Assembly: GCF_001194135.2 (NCBI RefSeq)
Contig: NC_069010.1
Span: forward strand, 1,956,737 to 1,992,684
DNA: 35,948 bases
Direction: 5' to 3'
From: Octopus bimaculoides
Lineage: Eukaryota
A program made the translations under genes and the position numbers. The notes beneath the pieces were generated by a model that ran no database searches, had not been told where the DNA came from, and saw nothing but the letters and a program-made list of their open reading frames with translations. Shown here piece after piece: positions 12,890 to 24,329 of the stretch; position 1 is the first letter of the stretch; the number at the start of each line of letters is the position of its first letter.

Positions 12890-13105
12890 ATAAACAAATA
12901 ATAAATGAGTATATGCATATATACGTACAGGTGTGTGCATACCTAGGTCTACCTGTATATATAGGTGCATATCTGGGTACAGGACATTGCAAACAAAACG
13001 TAAACAAGAAATATTAATAACCAGAGTACAGAAAACGCACAAGCCACATAGAGAACATTTTCCTTCATCAGCTACCCCCGTTTTAACACCTGCGTTTCGA
13101 AGAGT
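12890..13105. repeat. Unclassified interspersed repeat (possibly Penelope-like terminal sequence); second copy at 15055-15273
   Basis: Both copies share gagtatatgcatatatacgtac..gcatatctgggtacaggac..ccttcatcagct..gcgtttcgaagag. The family assignment is a guess from the ctgatgaagg and cgaaacg motifs. Confidence 0.6.
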
Positions 13106-13143
13106 TGTGTGTGTATATGTTTGTGTGTCTGTGTTTGTCCCCC

Positions 13144-13420
13144 AAGATGTGGCTGCTACGAGAATCAAATATAAAGGTTGCCCCTGTTGTCATCGGAGTA
13201 TTGAGTTCAATACCATCCAACCTGAAGAAACATCTGGACACTTTAGAAATACCCTACAATCTTGGCTGTATTGCAAAAATCTGCTTGAATTGTAACTGCA
13301 CACATATTGCATAAAGTACTGTCTGCCTGAGTACAAATCCCCGGCAGACGCAATATCTTCAATCAACAACATCATGATATTGGATACTGCGTGACATCAA
13401 TAATAATAATAATGATAATA
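13144..13420 (+). mobile_element. R4/Dong-like (restriction-like endonuclease) non-LTR retrotransposon 3' end with (TAA)n tail
   Basis: KMWLLRESNIKVAPVVIGVLSSIPSNLKKHLDTLEIPYNL, then a frameshift, then AVLQKSA*IVTAHILHKVLSA*. This matches the V.P.VIGALG..LQK.ALL.TA.ILRKVL terminus of RLE elements. It ends in taataataat. Confidence 0.8.
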
Positions 13421-14018
13421 ATCCTTTCTACTATAGGCGTAGGAGTGGCTGTGTGGTAAGTAGCTTGTTTACCAACCACATGGTTCCGGGCAAGTGTCTT
13501 CTACTATAGCCTCGGGCCGACCAAAGCCTTGTGAGTGGATTTGGTAGACAGCAACTGGAAGAAGTACGTCGTATATATATGTATGTATATGTGTGTATGT
13601 GTTTGTGTGTCTGTGTTTGTCCCCCCAACTTCGCTTGACAACCGATGGTTGTGTGTTTACGTCCCCGTACATTAGCAGTTCGGCAAAAGAGACCGATAGA
13701 ATAAGTACTAGGCATCCAAAGAATAAGTCCTGGGGTCGATTTACTCGACCAAAGGTGGTGCTCCAGCATGGCCACAGTCAAATGACTGAAACAAGTAAAA
13801 GAGTATAGGCACAAAGTCTGAAATTTTGATGTGGGGGTGGGTGAAGGTAAGTTGATTACATGGATCGCAGTGTGAAACAAGTGCTTGTTTTATTGATCCT
13901 GAAAAGATGAAAAGCAAAGTCGACCTTGATGGAATTTGAACTCAGAACATAAAGACAGACAAAATGCTGCAAAACATTTTGCCCGCAATGCTAACGATTC
14001 TGCCAACTCACCACCTTA
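13421..14018 (-). mobile_element. SINE family A (A1 tail) interrupted by a family B SINE
   Basis: Tail atcctttctactatagg (13421-13437) resumes as tataggcacaaag at 13804; head gccaactcaccacctt ends ~14018. Confidence 0.8.
13436..13805 (+). mobile_element. SINE family B (tRNA head, CORE-like segment, internal TA/CA microsatellite, gtaaaaga tail)
   Basis: ggcgtaggagtggctgtgtggtaag..gactgaaacaagtaaaagag. The B-box segment is deleted (ttccggg joined to caagtg). TSD tatagg at 13432-13437 and 13804-13809. Confidence 0.9.
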
Positions 14019-14084
14019 ATAAAAATCCTTTCTACTGAAAGCACGAGGCCGCAGATTTGGGGGGATGGATTAGGGGGAACTAAT

Positions 14085-14307
14085 CCACACACACACACGT
14101 TATTACTAATTTTCACTAGGACTTCAATTTTCACCAAACAACCTATTCTAACATAGTCAGGTTGCTACAGTGAGCTGTCTGTCTATATATAATACAAATA
14201 ATATGTGAGTATATGCATATATACGTACATGTATGTACATACCTACATCTACATGTATATATAGATGCATATCTGGGTACAGGACGTTACAAACAAACGT
14301 GGACAAT
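14085..14307 (+). repeat. Exact 223-bp duplicate of 14949-15171 next to a gap (probable assembly artefact)
   Basis: Identical by eye; the first copy ends exactly at the N-run starting 14308. Confidence 0.85.
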
Positions 14308-15275
14308 NNNNNNNNNNNNNNNNNNNNNNNNNNNNNNNNNNNNNNNNNNNNNNNNNNNNNNNNNNNNNNNNNNNNNNNNNNNNNNNNNNNNNNNNNNNNN
14401 NNNNNNNNNNNNNNNNNNNNNNNNNNNNNNNNNNNNNNNNNNNNNNNNNNNNNNNNNNNNNNNNNNNNNNNNNNNNNNNNNNNNNNNNNNNNNNNNNNNN
14501 NNNNNNNNNNNNNNNNNNNNNNNNNNNNNNNNNNNNNNNNNNNNNNNNNNNNNNNNNNNNNNNNNNNNNNNNNNNNNNNNNNNNNNNNNNNNNNNNNNNN
14601 NNNNNNNNNNNNNNNNNNNNNNNNNNNNNNNNNNNNNNNNNNNNNNNNNNNNNNNNNNNNNNNNNNNNNNNNNNNNNNNNNNNNNNNNNNNNNNNNNNNN
14701 NNNNNNNNNNNNNNNNNNNNNNNNNNNNNNNNNNNNNNNNNNNNNNNNNNNNNNNNNNNNNNNNNNNNNNNNNNNNNNNNNNNNNNNNNNNNNNNNNNNN
14801 NNNNNNNNNNNNNNNNNNNNNNNNNNNNNNNNNNAATTAGAAAACATTTCAAGTTTCTGTGGGAATGAAACAGAAAAGAAAGGAAAATAAATATGTATTT
14901 ATGTTTCCACCATGAAAGAGTTATTAGAGCCATTTAGCACAGCCACAGCCACACACACACACGTTATTACTAATTTTCACTAGGACTTCAATTTTCACCA
15001 AACAACCTATTCTAACATAGTCAGGTTGCTACAGTGAGCTGTCTGTCTATATATAATACAAATAATATGTGAGTATATGCATATATACGTACATGTATGT
15101 ACATACCTACATCTACATGTATATATAGATGCATATCTGGGTACAGGACGTTACAAACAAACGTGGACAATATGAAAAGCAGAACATAATCAGAGTACAG
15201 AAAATGCACAGGCCACATAGAGAACAGTTCCTTCATCAGCTGCCACCATTCTAAAACTAAGCGTTTCGAAGAGAC

Positions 15276-15594
15276 ACACATGACGGACTTCTTTCAGTTT
15301 CCTATTTCTTTATTGCCCACAAGGGGCTAAACATAGAGGGGACAAACAAGGACAGACAAAGGGACTAAGTCGATTACATCAACTCCAGTGCATAACTAGT
15401 ACTTTATTTATCGATCCCGAAAGGATGAAAGGCAAAGTCGACCTCGGCGGAATTTGAACTCAGAACGTAGCGGCAGACGAAATACTGCTAAGCATTTCGC
15501 CCGGCTTGCTAACGTTTCTGCCAGCTCGCCGCCTTTCAGTTTCCGTCTACCAAATCCAGTCACAAAGCTTTGGTCGGCCCGAGGTTATAGTAGA
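15276..15594 (-). mobile_element. SINE family B 5' half (host of the A2 insertion; runs into gap)
   Basis: gacggacttctttcagttt..ccgtctaccaaatccagtcacaaagctttggtcggcccgagg. Confidence 0.85.
15303..15533 (-). mobile_element. SINE family A (A2 tail) with 11-bp TSD, inserted in a family B SINE
   Basis: TSD tttcagtttcc at 15292-15302 and 15534-15544; full head and tail are present. Confidence 0.92.
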
Positions 15595-16106
15595 NNNNNN
15601 NNNNNNNNNNNNNNNNNNNNNNNNNNNNNNNNNNNNNNNNNNNNNNNNNNNNNNNNNNNNNNNNNNNNNNNNNNNNNNNNNNNNNNNNNNNNNNNNNNNN
15701 NNNNNNNNNNNNNNNNNNNNNNNNNNNNNNNNNNNNNNNNNNNNNNNNNNNNNNNNNNNNNNNNNNNNNNNNNNNNNNNNNNNNNNNNNNNNNNNNNNNN
15801 NNNNNNNNNNNNNNNNNNNNNNNNNNNNNNNNNNNNNNNNNNNNNNNNNNNNNNNNNNNNNNNNNNNNNNNNNNNNNNNNNNNNNNNNNNNNNNNNNNNN
15901 NNNNNNNNNNNNNNNNNNNNNNNNNNNNNNNNNNNNNNNNNNNNNNNNNNNNNNNNNNNNNNNNNNNNNNNNNNNNNNNNNNNNNNNNNNNNNNNNNNNN
16001 NNNNNNNNNNNNNNNNNNNNNNNNNNNNNNNNNNNNNNNNNNNNNNNNNNNNNNNNNNNNNNNNNNNNNNNNNNNNNNNNNNNNNNNNNNNNNNNNNNNN
16101 NNNNNN

Positions 16107-16540
16107 CAAGACACAAAATGTTGGAATGATTGAATATCATAGTACCGGCTGAGAGATTGAAAATGCCTCGTGGAAGACCAGCTGCACAACAACTTATTGT
16201 TCCTCAAAATGAAATCCTCACTCGTCAATTAATATTAGAAGAATATTGGAATATTAGTGAATTATGCAGCAGTTCAAGACACAAAATGTTGGAATGATTG
16301 AATATCATAGTACCGGCTGGGAGATCGAAAATGCCTCGTGGAAGACCGGCTACACAACAACTTATTGTTCCTCAAAATGAAATACTCACTCGTCAATTAA
16401 TAATATTAGAAGAATTTTTGGCGAATTATGCAGCAATTCAAGACACAAAATGTTGGAATGGTGTGCGCGCCGTCGGCTTATTAGGAATAAGTTTACCTGC
16501 GACGATTGTTTAGTACCATGCGGACTTGTTAAAAAAAACA
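16107..16540 (+). pseudogene. Tandemly duplicated 5' end of a Merlin (IS1595/ISXO2-like) transposase
   Basis: Direct repeats start at 16107, 16275 and 16439 (168 and 164 bp). Unit 1 ORF 16163-16297 is MPRGRPAAQQLIVPQNEILTRQLILEEYWNISELCSSSRHKMLE*. After the last unit the frame continues KMLEWCARRRLIRNKFTCDDCLVPCGL (W..RRLI..CxxC), resembling Merlin N-termini as I recall them. Confidence 0.6.
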
Positions 16541-16861
16541 AAAAAACATGTGTGTGATTTATTTATAAACAGCTAAAAAAAAATAAAAACATATTTCAGA
16601 GTAGTACGGATAATACGAGTAAGACGTTAAGTTATTTCCCTTGTATATTTTTATTTACTTTTTTTTTACCACCCTAAACTTGAAGATTACCTCTGATTGA
16701 AATGAAGAAACTGAAAAGAAAAAGAAAAATCGAAAACTAAATTTGATCTGAAGTATAACTACCTGAAATCAAAAGAGCAGATTGGACGAAGAAAATAGTC
16801 CGACTGTTTGTGTGTTTGTATATTTATACTATACTATATTATGATATATGTGTGGGTGTGT

Positions 16862-17123
16862 GTGTCTTGAATGACACAATAAAATCAGAGTGGACTATAA
16901 TAGCTGTTTTAATTTAATTATTCATAGTCTGATATGATATTTCGGAATATAAAAATTCCTTCTTCAGATATTGCTAGGGATTGATCGAGTCACTGCTCAA
17001 TCAATTCCTGGCAATATCTGAAGAAGGAATTTTTATATTCCATAATAATATATCAGACTATGTATAATTAAATTAAAACAGCTGTTATAGTCCACTCTGC
17101 TTTTATTGTGTCATTCAAGGCAC
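16862..17123. repeat. 262-bp near-perfect palindrome (foldback MITE-like)
   Basis: Arms of ~128 bp, about 90% complementary by eye, around a 6-nt loop (gag-tcactg-ctc); no clear TSD. Confidence 0.9.
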
Positions 17124-17179
17124 GTTATATTTTAAAAACAATACACAATGCTTCCAGCGAACTACAATACTCTCGTATA

Positions 17180-17211
<32 letters not shown>

Positions 17212-17359
17212 AACTTTTATTGACATGCGTTTTGCTCNNNNNNNNNNNNNNNNNNNNNNNNNNNNNNNNNNNNNNNNNNNNNNNNNNNNNNNNNNNNNNN
17301 NNNNNNNNNNNNNNNNNNNNNNNNNNNNNNNNNNNNNTATACATATATATATATTTATG

Positions 17360-17575
17360 TGTGTGTGTCTTTGTGCCTGTGTTTGTACTGCACCATCGAT
17401 TGACAACTGATGTTGGTGTATTTATGCCCCCATAACTTAGCGGTTCAGTGTAAGAGACCAATAAAATAAGTACCAAGCTTCCAAAGAATAAGTCCTGGGT
17501 TCGATTCATTTGATGAAAAAAGGTGGTGCTCCAGTATGGCTGCAGATTAATGACTGAAACAAGTATAAATAAATG
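17360..17575 (+). mobile_element. SINE family B 3' half after gap
   Basis: taacttagcggttc..ggtggtgctccagtatggc..gactgaaacaagta. Confidence 0.8.
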
Positions 17576-17664
17576 AAATAAAGCATAACGTGTGTGTGTG
17601 TGACACCAGTGATTTGTTATTTGTAGTGGCTAAATTTCTCTAAGCATGCTGTTCTTCGTGGGGG

Positions 17665-17710
17665 CTTGCTACTGATGACACTCAAGGAAGCAGAAATATA
17701 GATCCAGCAA
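17665..17710 (+). ncRNA. Decayed hammerhead-like motif (HHR-D)
   Basis: uugcua-CUGAUGA-cacucaaggaagca-GAAA-uauaga-UC-cagcaa. Core and AUC are intact and stem I pairs 5 bp (uugcu/agcaa). The 14-nt stem II region shares caaggaag with HHR-B but barely pairs. Confidence 0.45.
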
Positions 17711-17796
17711 TTCTACTGCCACTGCTAGATGCTTTTTCATTTGCTACTGAAATACTTTTGAAGTTTTTATCACTATATATACATATGTGTGTGTGT

Positions 17797-17924
17797 GGAG
17801 GCGCAATGGCCCAGTGGTTAGGGCAGCGGACTCACGGACATAGGATCGCGGTTTCGATACCCAGACCGGGCGTTGGGAGTGTTTATTGAGCGAAAACACA
17901 TAAAGTTCCACGAGGCTCCGGCAG
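17797..17924 (+). mobile_element. SINE family C, 5' part only
   Basis: Homologous to 11630-11757; ends at ggctccggcag and is followed by (tatg)n. Confidence 0.85.
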
Positions 17925-18046
17925 TATGTATATATATGTATGTATGTATGTATGTATATGTATGTATGTATATATGTATGTATGTATATATGTATGTATG
18001 TATATATGTGTGTGTGTGTATGTATGTATGTATGTATATATATATG

Positions 18047-18102
<56 letters not shown>

Positions 18103-18662
18103 CATATATATATATATATGTATGTATGTGTGTGTAGATTTGTGTCGGGTGTATAGATGGTCACTAGACCATTTCNNNNNNNNNNNNNNNNNNNNNNNNN
18201 NNNNNNNNNNNNNNNNNNNNNNNNNNNNNNNNNNNNNNNNNNNNNNNNNNNNNNNNNNNNNNNNNNNNNNNNNNNNNNNNNNNNNNNNNNNNNNNNNNNN
18301 NNNNNNNNNNNNNNNNNNNNNNNNNNNNNNNNNNNNNNNNNNNNNNNNNNNNNNNNNNNNNNNNNNNNNNNNNNNNNNNNNNNNNNNNNNNNNNNNNNNN
18401 NNNNNNNNNNNNNNNNNNNNNNNNNNNNNNNNNNNNNNNNNNNNNNNNNNNNNNNNNNNNNNNNNNNNNNNNNNNNNNNNNNNNNNNNNNNNNNNNNNNN
18501 NNNNNNNNNNNNNNNNNNNNNNNNNNNNNNNNNNNNNNNNNNNNNNNNNNNNNNNNNNNNNNNNNNNNNNNNNNNNNNNNNNNNNNNNNNNNNNNNNNNN
18601 NNNNNNNNNNNNNNNNNNNNNNNNNTATATATATATATATATATGTATGTATAGATGGGTAC

Positions 18663-18696
<34 letters not shown>

Positions 18697-18906
18697 AGAT
18701 GGGTACATATATATATATATATATGTATAGATGGGTATATATATATATATATATATGCATACATATGTATAGATGGGTATATATATATATATGCATACAT
18801 ATGTATATATGCATACATATATTATATGTATGTATACATACGTATATGTATATATGCATACATATATATATATATGAATATATATATATATGAATATATA
18901 TATATA

Positions 18907-18972
<66 letters not shown>

Positions 18973-19065
18973 TAGATATGTCCATGCACACACATATACA
19001 TATGCATACATACATATATGTACACATGCACATACACATACTCACGTGTATGTGTGTGTGTGTAT
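17925..19065. repeat. Compound (TA)/(TG)/(TATG) microsatellite field with gap
   Basis: Simple repeats with gtatagatgggta units at 18649, 18693, 18725 and 18767; source of the Y/I/C/V-rich pseudo-ORFs. Confidence 0.95.
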
Positions 19066-19067
19066 AC

Positions 19068-19520
19068 AGGCAGGCATGGCTATTCGGCTTAGAACTGTGC
19101 TTTGTAATCACATGGTCTCAGGTTTAGTTCCAATATATGGTACTTTGGACAAGTGTCTTCAATTGTTTAACCTTCAGCCACCAAGTAGCTTGTGAGTGAA
19201 TTTGGCAAATGCAAAAAACATGAAGCCTGATGCATGTGTGCGTGTGCATGTGTGTGTGTGTGTGTGTGTGCACTTGCACATCCTTGCATTTGTATTTGTC
19301 CACTTCCTCATTATTTGACAACTTCCTCATTTGACCACTTCCTCATTTGTCCACCAGTGTTGGTTTGTTTGCATCTTAAGTGTCAGTAAAGATGACCATT
19401 AAAATAAGTAGCTGACAAAAAAATATGTAGTGGGAGGTAGATTCGTCTAACTGAGCCTTCCTATGTTGTGCCCCAGCATGGCCATTCTACATTTGACTGA
19501 AACAAATAAAAAGACAAGAA
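19068..19520 (+). mobile_element. Strongly decayed SINE family B
   Basis: ttggacaagtgtcttc, gcttgtgagtgaatttgg and ccagcatggcc..gactgaaacaa occur in the expected order. Confidence 0.65.
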
Positions 19521-19534
19521 TAAATATGTTTATG

Positions 19535-19583
<49 letters not shown>

Positions 19584-19776
19584 ACATGTATGTATATATA
19601 TAGATAGATATATACACATGTATGTACACATCTATGTGTATGTATATATATATATACACACACACATATGTATGTATGCATATATGTGTGTGTGTGCATG
19701 TGTGTGTTTGTATGTATATATATATATATGTAAACATGTTTATGTGTGTATTTATGAATGTGTATATATGTATAGG

Positions 19777-19831
<55 letters not shown>

Positions 19832-20012
19832 ATATATATATAGAGAGAGGGAGAGACATACGCAGATTATCAGAAGCAGACAGATATACATATACAGATG
19901 GAATCTGCAAATCTGATGAGCCATCCCGCCAACCACATCACCACATTTTTCCGTTGCTAAACAGGCATTGTGAAAGATTTAACAATCTCTGTCTCTCCAC
20001 TCTCTCTCTCCC

Positions 20013-20055
<43 letters not shown>

Positions 20056-20528
20056 TTCTTTTTCACATGCCCATATATGGTAATTGTTGATCAGTGATCT
20101 GGAGAACAATGATAATGCCTATATCTCAGTCGCCACNNNNNNNNNNNNNNNNNNNNNNNNNNNNNNNNNNNNNNNNNNNNNNNNNNNNNNNNNNNNNNNN
20201 NNNNNNNNNNNNNNNNNNNNNNNNNNNNNNNNNNNNNNNNNNNNNNNNNNNNNNNNNNNNNNNNNNNNNNNNNNNNNNNNNNNNNNNNNNNNNNNNNNNN
20301 NNNNNNNNNNNNNNNNNNNNNNNNNNNNNNNNNNNNNNNNNNNNNNNNNNNNNNNNNNNNNNNNNNNNNNNNNNNNNNNNNNNNNNNNNNNNNNNNNNNN
20401 NNNNNNNNNNNNNNNNNNNNNNNNNNNNNNNNNNNNNNNNNNNNNNNNNNNNNNNNNNNNNNNNNNNNNNNNNNNNNNNNNNNNNNNNNNNNNNNNNNNN
20501 NNNNNNNNNNNNNNNNNNNNNNNNNNNN

Positions 20529-20883
20529 ACTCGCGGTCGTAGGATCGCGGTTTCGATTCCCAGACCGGGCGTTGTGAGTGTTTATTGAGCGAAAACACCT
20601 AAAGCTCCACGAGGCTCCGGCAGGGGATGGTGGCGAACCCTGCTGTACTCTTTCACCACAACTTTCTCTCACTCTTACTTCCTATTTCTGTTGTGCCTGT
20701 AATTCAAAGGGCCAGCCTTGTCACACTCTGTGTCACACTGAATCTCCCCGAGAACTACGTTAAGGGTACACGTGTCTGTGGAGTGCTCAGCCACTTGCAT
20801 GTTAATTTCACAAGCAGGCTGTTCTGTTGATCGGATCAACTGGAACCCTCGACGTCGTAAGCGACGGAGTGCCAACAACAACA
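20529..20883 (+). mobile_element. SINE family C with intact 3' end
   Basis: Homologous to 11662-11986; ends ggaaccctcgacgtcgtaagcgacggagtgcc followed by (aac)n. Confidence 0.9.
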
Positions 20884-21104
20884 AGTATGTCTAGGACTAT
20901 ATTATCTAATGTCTCCTCCTTTGTTGCCGTATAACACCAGGTCCATATTTATACCATTCATACAGTTGATTTATGATGGAAGGTGTTTCAACCATGACCA
21001 TCCTGTCTATAGTTCAAACATAGTGTATCAAGGACTACATCATCTAATGCGACCATCTTCATTATGTAATTGCACATTTCTGATCCAACAGATCTATAGT
21101 CCAA

Positions 21105-21832
21105 GTGCCTGACTGGTACTTACTTAATTTTGTTGACCATGAAAAGATGAAAGGCAAAGCTGAACTTGGTAGTATTTGAACTCAGAACCTGGAGAGTTGG
21201 AAAAAATGGCGCTAAACATTTGATCCAACACTCTACCAGCTCACCACCTTAATAATAATGATGATGATCCTGTCTACTATAGGCACAAGACCCGAAATCT
21301 GTGGGGCAAGTCGATTACATTGACTCCAGTACATGACTGGTATTTAATTTATTGATCCTGAAAGGATGAACGGCAAAGTCAACCTCAGTGGAATTTGAAA
21401 TCAGAATGTAATGGCCTGAAATCTTGGTGGGAACAGGTTTATTCAATTACGTCAACCCCAGTGTGTAACTGGTACTTATTTTATTGACCCTGGAAAGATG
21501 AAAGGCAAAGTTGACCTTGGTGAAATTTGAACTTGTAATATAACCATTTTCACTGGTGTGCTAACGATCCTGGCAGCTTGCCACCCATTAATAACGATTT
21601 CAAATTTTGGCACGGGGCCAGTGATTTCGATGTGAGTGGGGTATATCGATTACATTGACTCACCCCCACCCCCACCTCCACCCCCGTACTCAACTGGTAC
21701 TTACTTTATCTGCCCCAAAAGGATAAAAGGCAAAGTCGACCACGGCAGAATTTGAACTCTGAATGTCGAGTTGGACAAAGTGCCACTAAGTACTTTACTG
21801 GTATGCTAATGGTTCTGCCAGCTCACCACCTT
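21105..21832 (-). mobile_element. Head-to-tail array of 4 decayed family A SINEs
   Basis: Recurrent gatgaaaggcaaag/ggataaaaggcaaag and aatttgaa(c/a)t motifs at ~21145, 21365, 21497 and 21721; most copies are separated by (aat)n. Confidence 0.85.
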
Positions 21833-22162
21833 TCTCCTAATCATCATCATCATCATCCAGTGTTTTAAATCTGGGTTTTGTCGCTGTTGATGGGGAGTGG
21901 CCAGATCTACCTCAATGCCATAGCAACCAAGGTAGGCAGGTGCAGCTCACCCCAAACTTTGGACCAGCTGGTGCCCATTCTCCCTTGCTATCATGAGGCT
22001 TTTTTGGAGCTGGATTTTCTACAGGGAGCATGCCCTTGCTTACCCCAAACCTCAGTTTCTTGGCATGAGTGGTCTCAAGACCAAGGCCTTTACCATGATT
22101 TTTAAGAAATGTGGTGGAAAACTAGCTCAGGAAGGCAGGGACACTGCTCCCCGAGATCCCCC

Positions 22163-22206
<44 letters not shown>

Positions 22207-22336
22207 TAATGATAATAATATAGTAGTGATTGTTTCAAATTTTTGGCACATGGTCAGCAAATTTTAGGGGAAAGTGATAGTTGAGGACCCCGTTTTTGAC
22301 TTGATTCTGCTTGGTAACCATCTTAAAAATGATAAT

Positions 22337-22515
22337 AATCCTTTCTACTACAGGCACAAGGCCTGAAATTTTGAGGGAGAGGGCCAATCGATTTGATTGT
22401 CCCCAGTATGCAACTGGTACTTGGTTTATCGACCCCGAAAGGATGAAAGGCAAAGTCGACCTTGGCGGAATTTGAACCCAGAACGTAAAGACAAACAAAA
22501 TGCCACTAAGCATTT
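22337..22515 (-). mobile_element. SINE family A (A1 tail), 5'-truncated
   Basis: aatcctttctactacaggcacaagg..gaaaggcaaagtcgaccttggcggaatttgaaccc. Confidence 0.85.
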
Positions 22516-22954
22516 TAATACTAATATAATAATGGTTGTTTGAAATTTTGGGCATGAGGTCAGTAAATTTTAGGGGAGAGTGGTAGTTGAGTACCCTGAT
22601 CCCTGTTTTCGATTTGATTCTGCAAGCTTACCGTCTTAATAATAATAATAACAATAATAATAACAATAATAATAACGATCAAACAGAATATCTGATGGGT
22701 GAAAATATCGTAAGAAAAAAAGATGAAATAGATTTAGATAGTATGATTGTGAAAAACTCGTGATCAATATGTACACCATATTCTTTCAAATAAGCAAATG
22801 TCATCATAACCTCAAAAAAAGAAATTTTGTGATCCACTTCTAAAAACATATTGTTCACCTTGTGAATTACTGGGTCTTACTCTTTCTTTCTCTCTCTCTC
22901 TCTCTCCCTCTCTCTCCCCCTCTCTCTCTGTATATATATATATATATATATATA

Positions 22955-23175
22955 CTCTTTTACTCTTTTACTCTTTTACTTGTTTCAGTCATTTGACTGT
23001 GGCCATGCTGGAGCACCGCCTTTAGTCGAGAAAATCGACCCCAGGACTTATTCTTTGTAAGCCTAGTACTTATTCTATCAGTCTCTTTTGCCGAACCGCT
23101 AAGTTACGGGGACGTAAACACACCAGCATCGGTTGTCAAGCGATAGTGGGGGGACAAACACAGACACACACGAAC

Positions 23176-23212
<37 letters not shown>

Positions 23213-23370
23213 CGACAGGCTTCTTTTAGTTTCCGTCTACCAAATCCACTCACAAGGCTTTGGTCGGCCCGAGGCTATAGTAGAAGACACTTGCCCAAGG
23301 TGCCACGCAGTGGGACTGAACCCGGAACCATGTGGTTGGTAAGCAAGCTACTTACCACACAGCCACTCCT
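22955..23370 (-). mobile_element. SINE family B, near full length
   Basis: Tail (ctctttta)n, body, TA microsatellite, and head with B-box (gggactgaaccc on the plus strand). Confidence 0.92.
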
Positions 23371-23399
23371 ATATATATAAGCAAATTAACATTGACTTA

Positions 23400-23790
23400 C
23401 ATTTTCTACTAGTCTGTTAGTTATCTGTATGTCTGTGTATATTTATCTGTCTGTCTGTTAGTCAACATACCTTTGCATATTTATCAGTCGATGTATATTT
23501 ATCCATATCTGTTCATCCATCTATAACTGTATATGTTCTCTATTTATTTCTGTATCCTTCTATAGATACTTATGTATCTAATGTCTATCTGTCTGTCCAT
23601 CCTTCTATATCAATCTGCCTGTCTGTCTCTCTGTCCACCCTGTCTGCCTATCCATTTGTTTCTCTCTCTATCTCTCTTCTGTCTATTTCTGTCCATCCAT
23701 CCATCCATCCATCCATCCATTCATCCATCCATCTTTATGTTTTGTTAGTCCATCTATCTGTCTTTCTGTTGTTCTGTTAATCTATCCATT
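23400..23790. repeat. Degenerate (TCTA)/(TCTG)/(TCCA) tetranucleotide field
   Basis: Includes (atcc)n at ~23690-23730. Confidence 0.8.
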
Positions 23791-23799
23791 CTTCTAGAG

Positions 23800-24056
23800 C
23801 AGTAGTTCTTAAACTTCTTCAGGCTGCCGCCCCATTGGCACCCAGGCCACATTCCTAGTGCCCCCCTCCCCACCACAAATATAGACCCCTTTTCTGCAGC
23901 AAATTCAAAACAACTGTATTTCACAAATAAAACTTAAACCTAATTAACCTAATTAATATTTTTTTTTACATCTATCACCCAATTTTGTCCACTCCATTAT
24001 CATCCCACTTTTTTCATTGCCCCCTGGATCTTTCCATTGCCCCCAAGGAACCATTG
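23800..24056. mobile_element. hAT (Charlie-like) MITE
   Basis: TIRs cagtagttctt / aggaaccattg. Perfect 8-bp TSD ttctagag at 23792-23799 and 24057-24064, matching the NTCTAGAN hAT-Charlie target. Confidence 0.9.
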
Positions 24057-24159
24057 TTCTAGAGCTATCTATCTTTTTACTTATCCTTCGTCTGTCCATC
24101 TACCCACTATTTGTTCATCATAGTGTCTCTGAATAACTCCTCCCAAGTCATTTTTTTCT

Positions 24160-24320
24160 CTAATATATATCCCAATTCTCTATATTCTATATATATCCCA
24201 TATATTCTATATATATCCCTATATTCTCTATATCTCCCTATATTCTCTATATATCCCTATATTCTCTATATATCCCATATTCTATATATCCTATATTCTC
24301 TATATATCCCAATATATATG
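24160..24320 (+). repeat. ~18-19-bp minisatellite
   Basis: Repeats of tatatatccctatattctc and variants. Confidence 0.85.
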
Positions 24321-24329
24321 TCTTTTTTT

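Noticed and set aside
13050-13105. CUGAUGA and GAAAC motifs (minus strand) in the repeat at 13050-13105 and 15225-15273 as a permuted hammerhead
   Set aside because: GAAA precedes CUGAUGA, and the 22-23 nt between them cannot form stems III and I; stem II pairing is also poor.
17818-19936. YI/CV/HT-repeat ORFs
   Set aside because: Translations of dinucleotide and tetranucleotide microsatellites.
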